DNA of 32,000 nucleotides. Source: an archaeon. GTDB taxonomy: Archaea > Asgardarchaeota > Thorarchaeia > Thorarchaeales > Thorarchaeaceae. Shown here in pieces: positions 1 through 9,791 of this stretch. Both the position numbers and the translations under genes were made by a program. The DNA lies in assembly GCA_024275415.1 (NCBI GenBank), contig JAJRZD010000077.1, positions 1-32,000 of the forward strand. Direction: 5' to 3'. A model generated the notes under the pieces. The model saw only the letters and a program-made list of their open reading frames with translations. It did not search any database and was not told where the DNA came from. Position 1 is the stretch's first letter; every line of letters begins with the position of its first letter.

Positions 1-1427
1 AACCCTCGTGAAGGCATCGACTCTTTCAGTCTGGCAGGAGACCCAAAGGCTACAAGGCTTTTTCCTCGCATGAACACGGCAACCTTGTCACAGAATTCTG
101 CTTCTATTGGGTAATGTGTGATGACGACCATCGAAGTGCCATATTCTTGATTGATATAGTTGAGGAACTGCCAGAGTTCGTTCCTGTTATCGGGATCAAG
201 TCCAGATGTAGGCTCGTCCATTAGTAGTACCTTGGGCCTATGGACAAGGGCGATGGCAATGGACACACGGCGTTGCTGTCCGCCGCTGAGTTCACTAGTT
301 AAGTTATTGCCTTTCTCAAGAATATTGAAATCGCGAAGGAGAGTCTTTCCTTCTTGTGTCAGCTGCCACTCAGGGATATCATACTGCTTTCCAAAAGCTA
401 TAATATTCTCAAGAGGTGTGAAGGTTTCGTACATGTAGCTGAGGTCCTGAGGGCAATAGCCAAAGAAATAGCGAACCTTTTGGGCATTCCTCGAGTCAAT
501 CCCCGCAATCCGCGCAACTCCAGTACTTGGGATATCGCCGATTAGCGCTTTGATAGTCGTTGACTTCCCAGCACCCGACTCTCCGATGATTGCCAGCATC
601 TCACCCTCTCTAATGGCAAACGACACGTTTTCAATGAGCTTCTTACCGTCCTTGAGTGTGACCGTCAAATTCCTGCATTCCAAGACATTCCGATACACTG
701 GAGCATCGAACCATGAGGATGGCTGGACGTAGACTTTCTCTGCGAATACTGTAAGATTTGGATCCGCTCTGAATTTGATTGGCCCAACAAAGAGCTGGGG
801 CTGTGCAATAGTGAAAATCTTCGGATCACCAACGTCCTCCTCAGGTTCAACTCTCACTTCAAGATACCCTTCAGGAAGGATAGGTTCGAAGACACTGATT
901 GAAGAGCCTACAATGGTTCCAGATATCACGATATGAAGCTTGTCGGACGCTCGTTTTCCCCAGATCGTACATTTGATTTGCTTATTGGCCTTTATCTTGG
1001 CGATGTCTTTTACTGCCTGTTGCAGCTCTTTCCCGTCATAGAACATATCATCGTACATATTGCGTTTGAGGTAGTTCTGCACCGTAATCTGATGTGCTGC
1101 AACGTCCTCAGTAGTCGAACTCCTACCTCCCACAGTGAGGACTTTGTCGAGTTCGCCCTTCTTCCGTTTTCGCAAATCCTCTTCCACTACTACCTCAATC
1201 CTTCTGACAAGGACTCCCTTCTTTACGCCAATGATACGCCCTCTAAACCTGACTAGTTCATTATTTCCGCGAAGAGTTCCTTCTACTTCACAATGTAACT
1301 CTCGATCCTTGCGCAGAAGGCACCAGTCAATGGTCTCGCTGATCCTTACTCCAGAGAAATATCCTTCTTCAATGAATGATGGTGCGATTTCCGTCTTGTC
1401 TGATGAATCGTGAGTTCGTGATGTCAT
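1..1427 (-). CDS. ABC-2-type ATP-binding protein with about 240 aa of N-terminal extension (two TrmB C-terminal-like beta-barrels); runs off the window edge
   Basis: Translated by hand from ATG 1427; it is missing from the ORF track because it has no stop in the window. Walker A GESGAGKS, Q-loop PQD, signature LSGGQ, Walker B LLMDE and H-loop VITH are present. It starts 10 bp downstream of the permease stop. Confidence 0.92.
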   Translation of the reverse strand, partial: MTSRTHDSSDKTEIAPSFIEEGYFSGVRISETIDWCLLRKDRELHCEVEGTLRGNNELVRFRGRIIGVKKGVLVRRIEVVVEEDLRKRKKGELDKVLTVGGRSSTTEDVAAHQITVQNYLKRNMYDDMFYDGKELQQAVKDIAKIKANKQIKCTIWGKRASDKLHIVISGTIVGSSISVFEPILPEGYLEVRVEPEEDVGDPKIFTIAQPQLFVGPIKFRADPNLTVFAEKVYVQPSSWFDAPVYRNVLECRNLTVTLKDGKKLIENVSFAIREGEMLAIIGESGAGKSTTIKALIGDIPSTGVARIAGIDSRNAQKVRYFFGYCPQDLSYMYETFTPLENIIAFGKQYDIPEWQLTQEGKTLLRDFNILEKGNNLTSELSGGQQRRVSIAIALVHRPKVLLMDEPTSGLDPDNRNELWQFLNYINQEYGTSMVVITHYPIEAEFCDKVAVFMRGKSLVAFGSPARLKESMPSRG

Positions 1428-1437
1428 TGTTGTCCCC

Positions 1438-2655
1438 TTACCCTAACGTTGGTTTCTTGCCGAATATGTATGCTGCCACAAAGACAGCTCCCACTGAAAA
1501 TGCAAGTAGTTTTGCAATGGGCAACCATACGTCAAGAAGTGAAAGCCCCTTGAATGCAGTGTCAACTAACAACCTCATACCCTGGTTCAGAGGTAGAATC
1601 TCGTCCAAAACCCCGACATCGATAAAGAACCCAGCAAGTATCACTGACCCAAACAGGACAAAGAGGAATATCTGATTCGCCTGCAATCTGGTTCCAGATA
1701 TCGATGAGATCAGAAGTCCAGTAGTCGAGCCTGTAAGTGCTATCAGGCTCATTATCGCAACTAATGTCAGGAAGCTGGTATTCAGGTTGAGTCCAAACAC
1801 TATCACCCAGAGGGCAATCAGCAATAACGATTGGAAGAAACCTATTATCACATATCCGATGACTTTTGCCACAATGACTTCTAATCTATTGGTCGGTGTA
1901 AGAAGCATCCTTCTTAGAGGGATATCGCCAACGATGGATTGGGATGCAGTCATTGCTATCCCGAGGTACGCTGAGAAGACGATGATAAAGCTCCCGAATA
2001 TGCTTTCAAGGAACCCCCCTTTTGGAGCGAATTCGATAATCATATTCGGGAATACCTCCGAACGAATCCAGAGCTTGCTAACTCTGAACAGGATTGCAGC
2101 ACCAGAAACCACTCCTTGCACGGAGGACTCTTTGATGAAGTCTGAGGCATCCACATGAACCTCGACGTACGTGGGTTCGTTCAAAGTCAGATTCCGTTCG
2201 AATCCATCAGGGATGACGACGTATCCATCTATCTTCTTCTGGTACAAGTCTCGATAGGCGAGTTCTTCGTCCTCGTAGATGATGAGTTCGTCCACAAGAC
2301 GCTCCAACGTTTTGGTGAAGTTTTCAGACAGATCCTCGCCATCATACATCCGTGTCGTATCTAAATCTATGAGACCCACAACAACCCCTGTTGACTCCTC
2401 CTCCGGAAGGGTCGTGTTCGTGGGTTCTGGGACTGTCGCATTCTGAAGTCCTCCCCCAAATCCTCCACCAGAGTCGCCACCTATCTCGACATCACCCATC
2501 TCGCTAGAATCTGTCGCCCACCACAGCATACCAATAAGGGCAGCTGGGAGCATGAAGATGAGCAGGAGGGCGACTTTATCCTTCACAATAAGCCGTAGCT
2601 CCTTGGCTACCATATTCCTGATACGTCTGGACGGCTTGGTGAAGACCTCTGCCAT
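1438..2655 (-). CDS. ABC-2 type transporter permease
   Basis: One N-terminal TM helix, a large extracellular domain with a Gly-rich and Pro/Thr-rich linker and N-x-T sequons, then about 5 TM helices with the motif RRMLLTPTNRLEVIVAKVIGY. The ORF is open to 2694; ATG 2655 (MAEVF) is preferred. Confidence 0.9.
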   Translation of the reverse strand: MAEVFTKPSRRIRNMVAKELRLIVKDKVALLLIFMLPAALIGMLWWATDSSEMGDVEIGGDSGGGFGGGLQNATVPEPTNTTLPEEESTGVVVGLIDLDTTRMYDGEDLSENFTKTLERLVDELIIYEDEELAYRDLYQKKIDGYVVIPDGFERNLTLNEPTYVEVHVDASDFIKESSVQGVVSGAAILFRVSKLWIRSEVFPNMIIEFAPKGGFLESIFGSFIIVFSAYLGIAMTASQSIVGDIPLRRMLLTPTNRLEVIVAKVIGYVIIGFFQSLLLIALWVIVFGLNLNTSFLTLVAIMSLIALTGSTTGLLISSISGTRLQANQIFLFVLFGSVILAGFFIDVGVLDEILPLNQGMRLLVDTAFKGLSLLDVWLPIAKLLAFSVGAVFVAAYIFGKKPTLG

Positions 2656-2858
2656 GGGAATCCCTCTAATGTGACGCGGTGAGAACTTGGACATCTGACT
2701 ACTACAAGTTTTCGCTTGTGTACTCCTTCGCTTTTGATATGCTATTAAGGTTTAGCAATCGGCTCCAGTGGCTGCAAATAGGGTCTCATTTTCAAGACAT
2801 GCGGATGAAACATAAATACAATCAAGACATGTGGACAATACAACTAGGAGGCTCCTGT

Positions 2859-5183
2859 TTGATTCTAGATGAGGTTTCTGTCCTGGAACGCCTGAAGGAA
2901 ATCGCGATTCGGAATAGGATAGAGGTCACTCCAAGTGACGATATGTCAGTCAGAGATAAGATAGAGGTACTTCGAGCTGGCTTGAATGGAGTCGCCTTTG
3001 CAAATGCGGAGAAACACATGCTCCCACACTGGGCTATCCGGAAGATTTGGCAAGGTGGAAGAAAAAACCCTGTTCCCGCGAGCCTCTTCAACGATTCGTA
3101 TCGCAACTGGACATTAATTGGCACCCCTGGAGGTCGAAATTTTGCCATTGCAGACTCACATGGGTTGACCACTGGTTTAGAGGTATGTGGCTCGATTGAG
3201 TTCTGGCCAAAGGATTCGGAAATCATCTTTCCCGCCCTATTATCGCCGACAGAATCTCCTTTCAACCTGATTTCTATCGAGGACCAGCTTTATGAATGGA
3301 ATCTTACTATTGGGCCGATTGGCTTTCAAAGACTCGTTTATTATGCGGTCAAAGACGGTCAAGAATACTTGGTCAATGAAATCAATTTACAAAACCTGTC
3401 ACTTGACCCTCAGTCATTCTCATTCTTTGTCGCATTGAGGCCCTTCGCTGCGAGTGGGATGCTTCCGATTTCAGACCTATACTACGACACTTCAACACAA
3501 TGCCTCTATTCCAATGGCTTTCTTGCCCTAAAACTGGATCGTGAACCTGCAAATCTCATCATGACCAAATTCGATGACCCTCAGCTACTGGATATCATTG
3601 AGCAAGAAGACCGCATTGATACTGAATACCGTTCTGTAAGGGGGTTCGGCACAGCTATTGCCAGATATGACTTCAATCTTAGACCTGCTGGAAAAGACAT
3701 CTTGATTTTTGTTTCCCCTCTTGATTATGTGCCTCGCGACAACCCACTTACCGACTCCTGCAAGTCATTTGATCTTCGTGATGAGGCTGTCGCCACATGG
3801 TTTGACTTCAGTTTTGATAATCCCTATGCTGAATTTCCTGATGCAGAACTCAGTAGAGTCGCAGCACAAGCAAGTGTTTCCTTGGTGGTTCAACTTCGCA
3901 GGACGATCAGCAGTCTAAGCATTGATGACATTGTGAGCCACTCTGGAAGTCTGACACGAAGCATCTCCGCAATCGCTCAGAGCGGATACAAAGATATCGC
4001 AGCTATTGCTATTGCGGAACTCGCATCCAAGCTCAATGAGGTCGCAAGAGTTCAGGATCATGTTTCGGCCCTTTCTCCCTTTCTATGGGTCATCCATCAG
4101 ATAGAGAGCCTATTTCCTGAAATCGAGTTTGGTGATTCCGTCACCCAGTTCAGAATTGCGGTTTCACGGGCCATTGAAGACACAATCAGTTCCACTGTGT
4201 CTAGCATAGCAGGTTCTGAGAACCAGAGTGACTCGGTATTTCATCCAGATTTTGCAAGCGTTCCATCAATTGAATCAATAACGCAAGGGGTGACCACCTA
4301 TGTTCCACCTATTCCCCCTAGGAATATCACACTCGATAAGATTCTAGAGAGCTATTGGATTCTCTTAGCGTCAAATGCGATAAAGGCTAAAGGCGAGGAT
4401 TTTGACAAGGCACTTGAGCGATTTCGTTCAATGCTAGATGATGATTGCAAGCGCATCTTGAAGAAGAAACCTTGGGACTATGACTCCATTGATGACCTTG
4501 AAGTAATCTTGGGTTTCATCAGTGCTTTCACACTTTCAAAGGACTTTGACATCGGCCGGGATCTGTTCGAGGATCTTGTTAGTGGGATGCGTGCGAAGAG
4601 GTTCTACAGAGGGCTCATCCGGTACCCCGACGAGAAGAAAAGAATCTCAAGTCATCATGCACTCTGGATTGCGCACGCGTTCGTCTTACTGGGAATACGT
4701 CATGAGGCAGAGCTTATTCTGTCCCGTGCATCTGCCTATTTCTCTGACTTTCATTATCTGCCTGAATGGATCGACCCGCAGACAAAAGGGGGAACCGATG
4801 GAAACGGTTGTAGCATCAATGCAGCAGCAGCCCTGAAGATACTTCTTCGTGACATGATGGTCTATGAGATTGGTAAAGACCTCTATATTTTCTCTGGAAT
4901 CCCAGAGGACTGGTTCACGTCAGAAAAGCCTCTCAATGTTTCGAATATTCCCACCAAGTTAGGTATGGTTTCGCTTTCTACTGGCGTATCTGCGAATCAG
5001 CACCAGATTGAGATAGAGATGGAAAATCTGCCCGACGAGATAGAGGTCTATCTCCCTGCCCATGTGCCTCTACACATGGTGAAGGTCTTTGGTGCAACTG
5101 TGATAGCCCGACTGGAAACACCCAACAATAGGCTTCGAATGATCCCACTGAACGAGCAGATTGCCATCACTTTCCACAGGTAG
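2859..5183 (+). CDS. Six-hairpin glycosidase-like protein, possibly catalytically degenerate
   Basis: TTG 2859 follows GGAGG; the ORF is open from 2679. Motifs RNWTLIG and LPEWIDPQTKGG...AAA..LLRDM.V.E....L.IFSGIPEDWF resemble an uncharacterised (alpha/alpha)6 glycosidase-like family (recalled, not searched). Confidence 0.55.
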   Translation: MILDEVSVLERLKEIAIRNRIEVTPSDDMSVRDKIEVLRAGLNGVAFANAEKHMLPHWAIRKIWQGGRKNPVPASLFNDSYRNWTLIGTPGGRNFAIADSHGLTTGLEVCGSIEFWPKDSEIIFPALLSPTESPFNLISIEDQLYEWNLTIGPIGFQRLVYYAVKDGQEYLVNEINLQNLSLDPQSFSFFVALRPFAASGMLPISDLYYDTSTQCLYSNGFLALKLDREPANLIMTKFDDPQLLDIIEQEDRIDTEYRSVRGFGTAIARYDFNLRPAGKDILIFVSPLDYVPRDNPLTDSCKSFDLRDEAVATWFDFSFDNPYAEFPDAELSRVAAQASVSLVVQLRRTISSLSIDDIVSHSGSLTRSISAIAQSGYKDIAAIAIAELASKLNEVARVQDHVSALSPFLWVIHQIESLFPEIEFGDSVTQFRIAVSRAIEDTISSTVSSIAGSENQSDSVFHPDFASVPSIESITQGVTTYVPPIPPRNITLDKILESYWILLASNAIKAKGEDFDKALERFRSMLDDDCKRILKKKPWDYDSIDDLEVILGFISAFTLSKDFDIGRDLFEDLVSGMRAKRFYRGLIRYPDEKKRISSHHALWIAHAFVLLGIRHEAELILSRASAYFSDFHYLPEWIDPQTKGGTDGNGCSINAAAALKILLRDMMVYEIGKDLYIFSGIPEDWFTSEKPLNVSNIPTKLGMVSLSTGVSANQHQIEIEMENLPDEIEVYLPAHVPLHMVKVFGATVIARLETPNNRLRMIPLNEQIAITFHR

Positions 5184-5226
5184 TATCATAATCCCTAAGA
5201 GGGAGTTGGTTCCGGTGGCCCTTGCA

Positions 5227-6138
5227 ATGCGATCAAAGCCGTATCTATTTCTAACTCTCGTCATACTCCTCTGGGGAATGAACTATGTCATCGCACGAGT
5301 CCTCTCTGGACTGAACCCACTCAGAGTGTCTGGGATTCTCTACGCCTTTTTCAGATATGCGTTGGGAGCACTCACGATGGTTCTTGTCTTGGCATATCAG
5401 AAAAGTACCTTTTCCCGTATCCGTGCCCACATACGTCCTTATCAGCTCCCATTACTATTGAGCGCGTTCTTCTCTGCAATCTTTGTACTCGCTACTCATA
5501 TGAGCCTTGAATACATCTCATCAGGGACAACTTCAATTATCATTAATCTATTCCCGATCATTGTCCTACTCTTCGGAGTCCTGTACATGGACGAGGATTT
5601 GACTCTCCTTAAGATCGTAGGTTTTGCAATCGGTTCTCTTGCAGGTATCGTGTTCCTGTCGACTGTCTGGACGCAGTCCGCAAGCCTTGAGATAGGCATT
5701 CTGTTCGCAGTCATAGGAATGTTGGCGTGGGCCGCATACACTATTACTCTCTACTATCTGGATGGTGCTGACAAATATGTGGTGATGACCATCAAGCACA
5801 TAATCTCCTCTGTAATGGTAATCCCTTTCATCCTGTTGTTCATCATTGAGGGTGGCACTCTGATATTTGTCGTAGATGCTCTCTCAATAGCGGGACTCCT
5901 TTTTGCGGGAGTCTTGGCATCTGGTCTTGCATATGTCCTATATTTTGCGTCCATCGAAATAATCGGTGCGTCCAAGGCTTCATCGTTCCTTTTCTTGGCG
6001 CCGTTCGTTAGCCTAGCAGGTGATTTCTTTCTTGGAGAGCCGCCAGAGGTTTTAGCACTCCTAGCTGGAATCCTTGCAATTGTAGGAGTTGCACTAGTGA
6101 AGTCATCCGATATGTTAGAAAAGACTGAGGAGTCCTAG
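5227..6138 (+). CDS. DMT/EamA family transporter
   Basis: About 10 TM helices in two EamA repeats (LWGMNYV, F.RY; GVLASGLAYVLYF..IE.IGASKAS). The start is uncertain (ORF open from 5161). Confidence 0.92.
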   Translation: MRSKPYLFLTLVILLWGMNYVIARVLSGLNPLRVSGILYAFFRYALGALTMVLVLAYQKSTFSRIRAHIRPYQLPLLLSAFFSAIFVLATHMSLEYISSGTTSIIINLFPIIVLLFGVLYMDEDLTLLKIVGFAIGSLAGIVFLSTVWTQSASLEIGILFAVIGMLAWAAYTITLYYLDGADKYVVMTIKHIISSVMVIPFILLFIIEGGTLIFVVDALSIAGLLFAGVLASGLAYVLYFASIEIIGASKASSFLFLAPFVSLAGDFFLGEPPEVLALLAGILAIVGVALVKSSDMLEKTEES

Positions 6139-6273
6139 TGCACTTCTCCCTTTCTTGTATCGTGTATGATCAAGGGACTGTGCATATGGAAATCTATGCA
6201 GTCACATAGTTTTGAAACCGTTGCTAGTGTTCTTATGGGAATTATTGTTTCGTGGGCTGTCAAATCAATGTGC

Positions 6274-7179
6274 CTAGAACTCGATTTTCTCCGGTTCTTC
6301 ATTCTCATGCCATCTGTAAAGGTCAACCAGACATCTTGTATCCTTTGAAGCATGTTTTATCCTTCGACCTGCGAAAATATGACTTCCATCGACATAGACC
6401 GTGTTTTCCTCGCGTGGTAACTTGGCAAGGTAGTCGAAAACAGGGTCTGTATAGTCCCTAGCCACAATCACTGCTCTTGTTGGGAAATAGGGGATGAACT
6501 CAAGGTTATCCTTTTTCATAGAGCGAACACCGAACCCATCAAGCGAGTCAATGAACTCCATAATCTCTCCACGAGTCATCCGTCCCTCATTTACCTTACA
6601 GAAGATATAGGCATCTGCGTATATGTCCTGTGTGCCTTTCCCGTTCCCTCTTGGGTCGTAATCGTCATCATACCTTATCCCAAGATTCACCAGCATATCC
6701 ACAGTTCCTTCGCTCCCATTGTCTTTCATCAGGCGAGGTTTGATAGCTATGCTCCCTCCATATTTTTCATGGATGAACCTCGCCACATTGCTGATGAATG
6801 GGTTCCTGAGCTTGCGCAGGAACTCGTCTGCCACCGCATTAAAGCTGGAATACTCCTCCGGCTGCAAGCATCCAGGGATGTAGTACTCTTCCTCAAACTG
6901 CTTACCAAGCTCGTTTGCAAAGGCATTTGCCTCTTGGAACTCCTTTCGTGTGGGCGTAATCAATGCGGTTATGGTGTTCGCACGAGTCGCGAGGAAGATT
7001 ATTTTCTCTTCTGTTGTAAACGAAGCCAGAGTTCCAAGCTTGAGATCTCGTGAGAAGTGCCCTATTGCTGCGACAAAACTGGAAAAGAGTGATGAGTCCA
7101 TACTATTGTCCAATCTCGAGTATAACGGAATTCCCGATTTCAAGTCAAAGATTACAATACCTTCGACGTTCATTCCCAT
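6274..7179 (-). CDS. Longin-like domain fused to a restriction-endonuclease-like (Mrr-type) domain
   Basis: The N-terminal ~100 aa (IVIFDLKSGIPLYS...LFSSFVAAIGHF) is typical of Asgard longin-like domains. The C-terminal part has VDMLV...YIFCKV...EIMEFIDSL...RAVIVARDYT. Confidence 0.55.
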   Translation of the reverse strand: MGMNVEGIVIFDLKSGIPLYSRLDNSMDSSLFSSFVAAIGHFSRDLKLGTLASFTTEEKIIFLATRANTITALITPTRKEFQEANAFANELGKQFEEEYYIPGCLQPEEYSSFNAVADEFLRKLRNPFISNVARFIHEKYGGSIAIKPRLMKDNGSEGTVDMLVNLGIRYDDDYDPRGNGKGTQDIYADAYIFCKVNEGRMTRGEIMEFIDSLDGFGVRSMKKDNLEFIPYFPTRAVIVARDYTDPVFDYLAKLPREENTVYVDGSHIFAGRRIKHASKDTRCLVDLYRWHENEEPEKIEF

Positions 7180-7267
7180 TTGGCCCCTTAAAGATGTGAT
7201 TTTGGTTTTTACAGCCTTTTAAACCTTTATTGAAACTGCAATCGAGGCTTAACGCCCCCCAGACCAC

Positions 7268-7945
7268 CTATACCGGACTATCAATCGCTCGCTGGAACTG
7301 TTTTCTATCATGAAATGGCTTGAGCCGGTTGAAACAAGGGACGATTGTACAGTATGAACAGACCAGAGATGCAAAATCCTTAGCATTGAGTGCCTTCTCA
7401 GATTTTCGCATAAATTCCAATCTCGATGGCAAATGGAAGAAAGACTTCTTCGATGCCCTCCCCACTATAGCAAGGTCGTATATGCTCTTTCTGACTGTGT
7501 CTTGGAGTTCACCTTGATTGACTAGATGTGCCACTTCCACCATTGCAGACGCAACCGAACACGAAAGTGCATAGTGCTCCCTTGGCCACCAATGTTCCAC
7601 AGCATGTTCTATGATGCCGACTTCCCAAAACTTGAAGAACTCGAGCTTCCTGTGTTCATCTGCCACAGGCATTACGATCCTTCCTCCCTCCTTGTTTTTT
7701 CCATACCTAACGGACAGTCCCCGAGGCATATGGTTTCCCTTTCCGCAAAACGCGTACCATCCAGAATGTGGTCTGGACTTCAAAGTTTTTTTGATTACCT
7801 TGGCTTCCTTGCTGTGTCCTTCGAGTTCGTGGGCTGGAACCCATACTGTGTGGTCGACACACCTTTTCTCACTACAGAGGGAACACGGGATGATTCCTTC
7901 ATTGGATCTCCTCCCCAAAATAACACACTCGGGGCATTCACTCAT
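7268..7945 (-). CDS. Hypothetical Cys/His-rich zinc-finger protein
   Basis: 225-aa ORF with an N-terminal CxxC-x13-CxxC-x4-CxxH pattern and a C-terminal CxxC-x3-C-x7-H pattern. Confidence 0.7.
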   Translation of the reverse strand: MSECPECVILGRRSNEGIIPCSLCSEKRCVDHTVWVPAHELEGHSKEAKVIKKTLKSRPHSGWYAFCGKGNHMPRGLSVRYGKNKEGGRIVMPVADEHRKLEFFKFWEVGIIEHAVEHWWPREHYALSCSVASAMVEVAHLVNQGELQDTVRKSIYDLAIVGRASKKSFFHLPSRLEFMRKSEKALNAKDFASLVCSYCTIVPCFNRLKPFHDRKQFQRAIDSPV

Positions 7946-8052
7946 TCAAATCCTTCCGTTCTCTTAGACTCACTCATATCGGTTATCTGTTTCGATTCGC
8001 TATTGCATAACCTGTATAAGCTCGAACTAATCATCCCAAACTAGGTGGCATC

Positions 8053-9642
8053 ATGGCAAACAAGGTCTACACCTCGGACTTTCTCGTGATAGGTAGTGGA
8101 CTTTCTGGTCAACTGTTCGCCCTCAAGGTTGCAGGTAATGGGACTGTGAATCTTGTTACAAAGAGAACATTGACAGAATCGGCGACTTACCGTGCGCAAG
8201 GCGGGATTGCTGCAGTTGTTGCTGATGAAGACTCTTTCGAGAAGCATATCGCCGACACGCTACGGGTAGGTGCGGGACTTTGCCATGAGGATGTGGTTCG
8301 TGAGTTCGTTCGAGAAGGGCCCAATGTCATTAAGGATCTTGAGGCTGTTGGGGTTCGCTTCTGTACAGATGATTCTTGCGGAGAATATGACCTTGGTCTT
8401 GAGGGAGGACATAGCGCTCGCCGTGTCTTGCATGTCAAAGACCACACGGGAAAGGACATCGAACTTGCCCTTACTGACAAAGTGAGGAAGTCCAAGAACA
8501 TCACTATCTATGAAAATCATATTGCAGTGAACCTGTATGTGAAGAACAACCAGGTCGAAGGTGCCTATGTGCTTGACATCAATACCGGTGAGGTTGAGCG
8601 GTTTGCAGCCAAGATTACTGTACTTGCGACTGGTGGAGCGGGACGAGTCTTTCTCTACACCTCGAATCCAGATGTCGCCACAGGTGATGGCATCGCAATG
8701 GCATATCGTGCTGGTGCCACGGTCATGAACATGGAACTTTTCCAGTTCCATCCCACGCTACTTTACCACGCAAAGATACGATCTGAGCTCATCTCTGAGG
8801 CACTGAGGGGCGAGGGAGCCGTCCTGCTTGGTCCAGATGGGCTTCGGTTCATGGACAAGTATCATGCTGATGCGGAACTCGCCCCGCGTGATGTTGTCGC
8901 TCGTGCCATTGACCATGAGCTGAAGCGGACGGGTGCGGATCATGTCTGGCTGGACATCTCATTCAAGGATGCTACCTTCATCAAGGATCGATTCCCTGCA
9001 ATCTATGAGACCTGTCTTCAAGCAGGTATCGATATGACCAAGGAGCCTATCCCTGTCGTTCCTGCGGCACACTATATCATGGGTGGAGTAAAGACTGACA
9101 CATGCGGTAGGACTGACATTCATGGTCTCTATGCGATTGGAGAAACCGCCTGTACCGGGTTCCACGGAGCGAACAGAATGGCATCGAACTCGCTGCTTGA
9201 GACCAGTGTCCTCGCTCGGAATGCAGCGAAGGTAGCGATGGTAGAGATTGAGAAGGAACGAACCGTGCATGAAATCCCTCCATGGGATCCTGGCGAGGCG
9301 ACCGACCCCGATGAGCTGGTGATTATATCGCATCTTTGGGATGAGATCCGCCGTCTGATGGCGAATTATGTGGGCATCGTCAGATCACAGAAGCGTCTTA
9401 TCCGGGCATTGAACAGGATCGAGTTCCTTGCCCGCGAAATCAATCAGTTCTATTGGGACTTCAAGATTACAGCCGATTTAGTTGAGCTGAGAAACATCGC
9501 ACTTGTTGCGGAACTTATCATCAAGATGGCTCGGATGCGAAAGGAATGTCGGGGGGCGAACTATAATACAGACTTTCCTACTACTTGGACATATCCTGTA
9601 GACACCGTCCTGAAAAAGGGGTTTGTCCCGATTGATTCTTAG
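8053..9642 (+). CDS. nadB: L-aspartate oxidase
   Basis: FAD motif GSGLSG, AQGGIAAV, LEGGHSARRVLH, QFHPT, LISEALRGEG, PAAHYIMGG and GANRMASNSLLE. Confidence 0.95.
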   Translation: MANKVYTSDFLVIGSGLSGQLFALKVAGNGTVNLVTKRTLTESATYRAQGGIAAVVADEDSFEKHIADTLRVGAGLCHEDVVREFVREGPNVIKDLEAVGVRFCTDDSCGEYDLGLEGGHSARRVLHVKDHTGKDIELALTDKVRKSKNITIYENHIAVNLYVKNNQVEGAYVLDINTGEVERFAAKITVLATGGAGRVFLYTSNPDVATGDGIAMAYRAGATVMNMELFQFHPTLLYHAKIRSELISEALRGEGAVLLGPDGLRFMDKYHADAELAPRDVVARAIDHELKRTGADHVWLDISFKDATFIKDRFPAIYETCLQAGIDMTKEPIPVVPAAHYIMGGVKTDTCGRTDIHGLYAIGETACTGFHGANRMASNSLLETSVLARNAAKVAMVEIEKERTVHEIPPWDPGEATDPDELVIISHLWDEIRRLMANYVGIVRSQKRLIRALNRIEFLAREINQFYWDFKITADLVELRNIALVAELIIKMARMRKECRGANYNTDFPTTWTYPVDTVLKKGFVPIDS

Positions 9643-9791
9643 CTCATATCTGTATGAGTTTATGTTTCAGCGGATTGTATGTCCTTGAGCATGTTTTACA
9701 GGGGCACATATGCCGGGAAGGGGAATAGAATTCCTATCGCCGAATCACGTTTTTATCGGTTTGTTCCATTCCCCGATGCCGTTGTTTTCTG

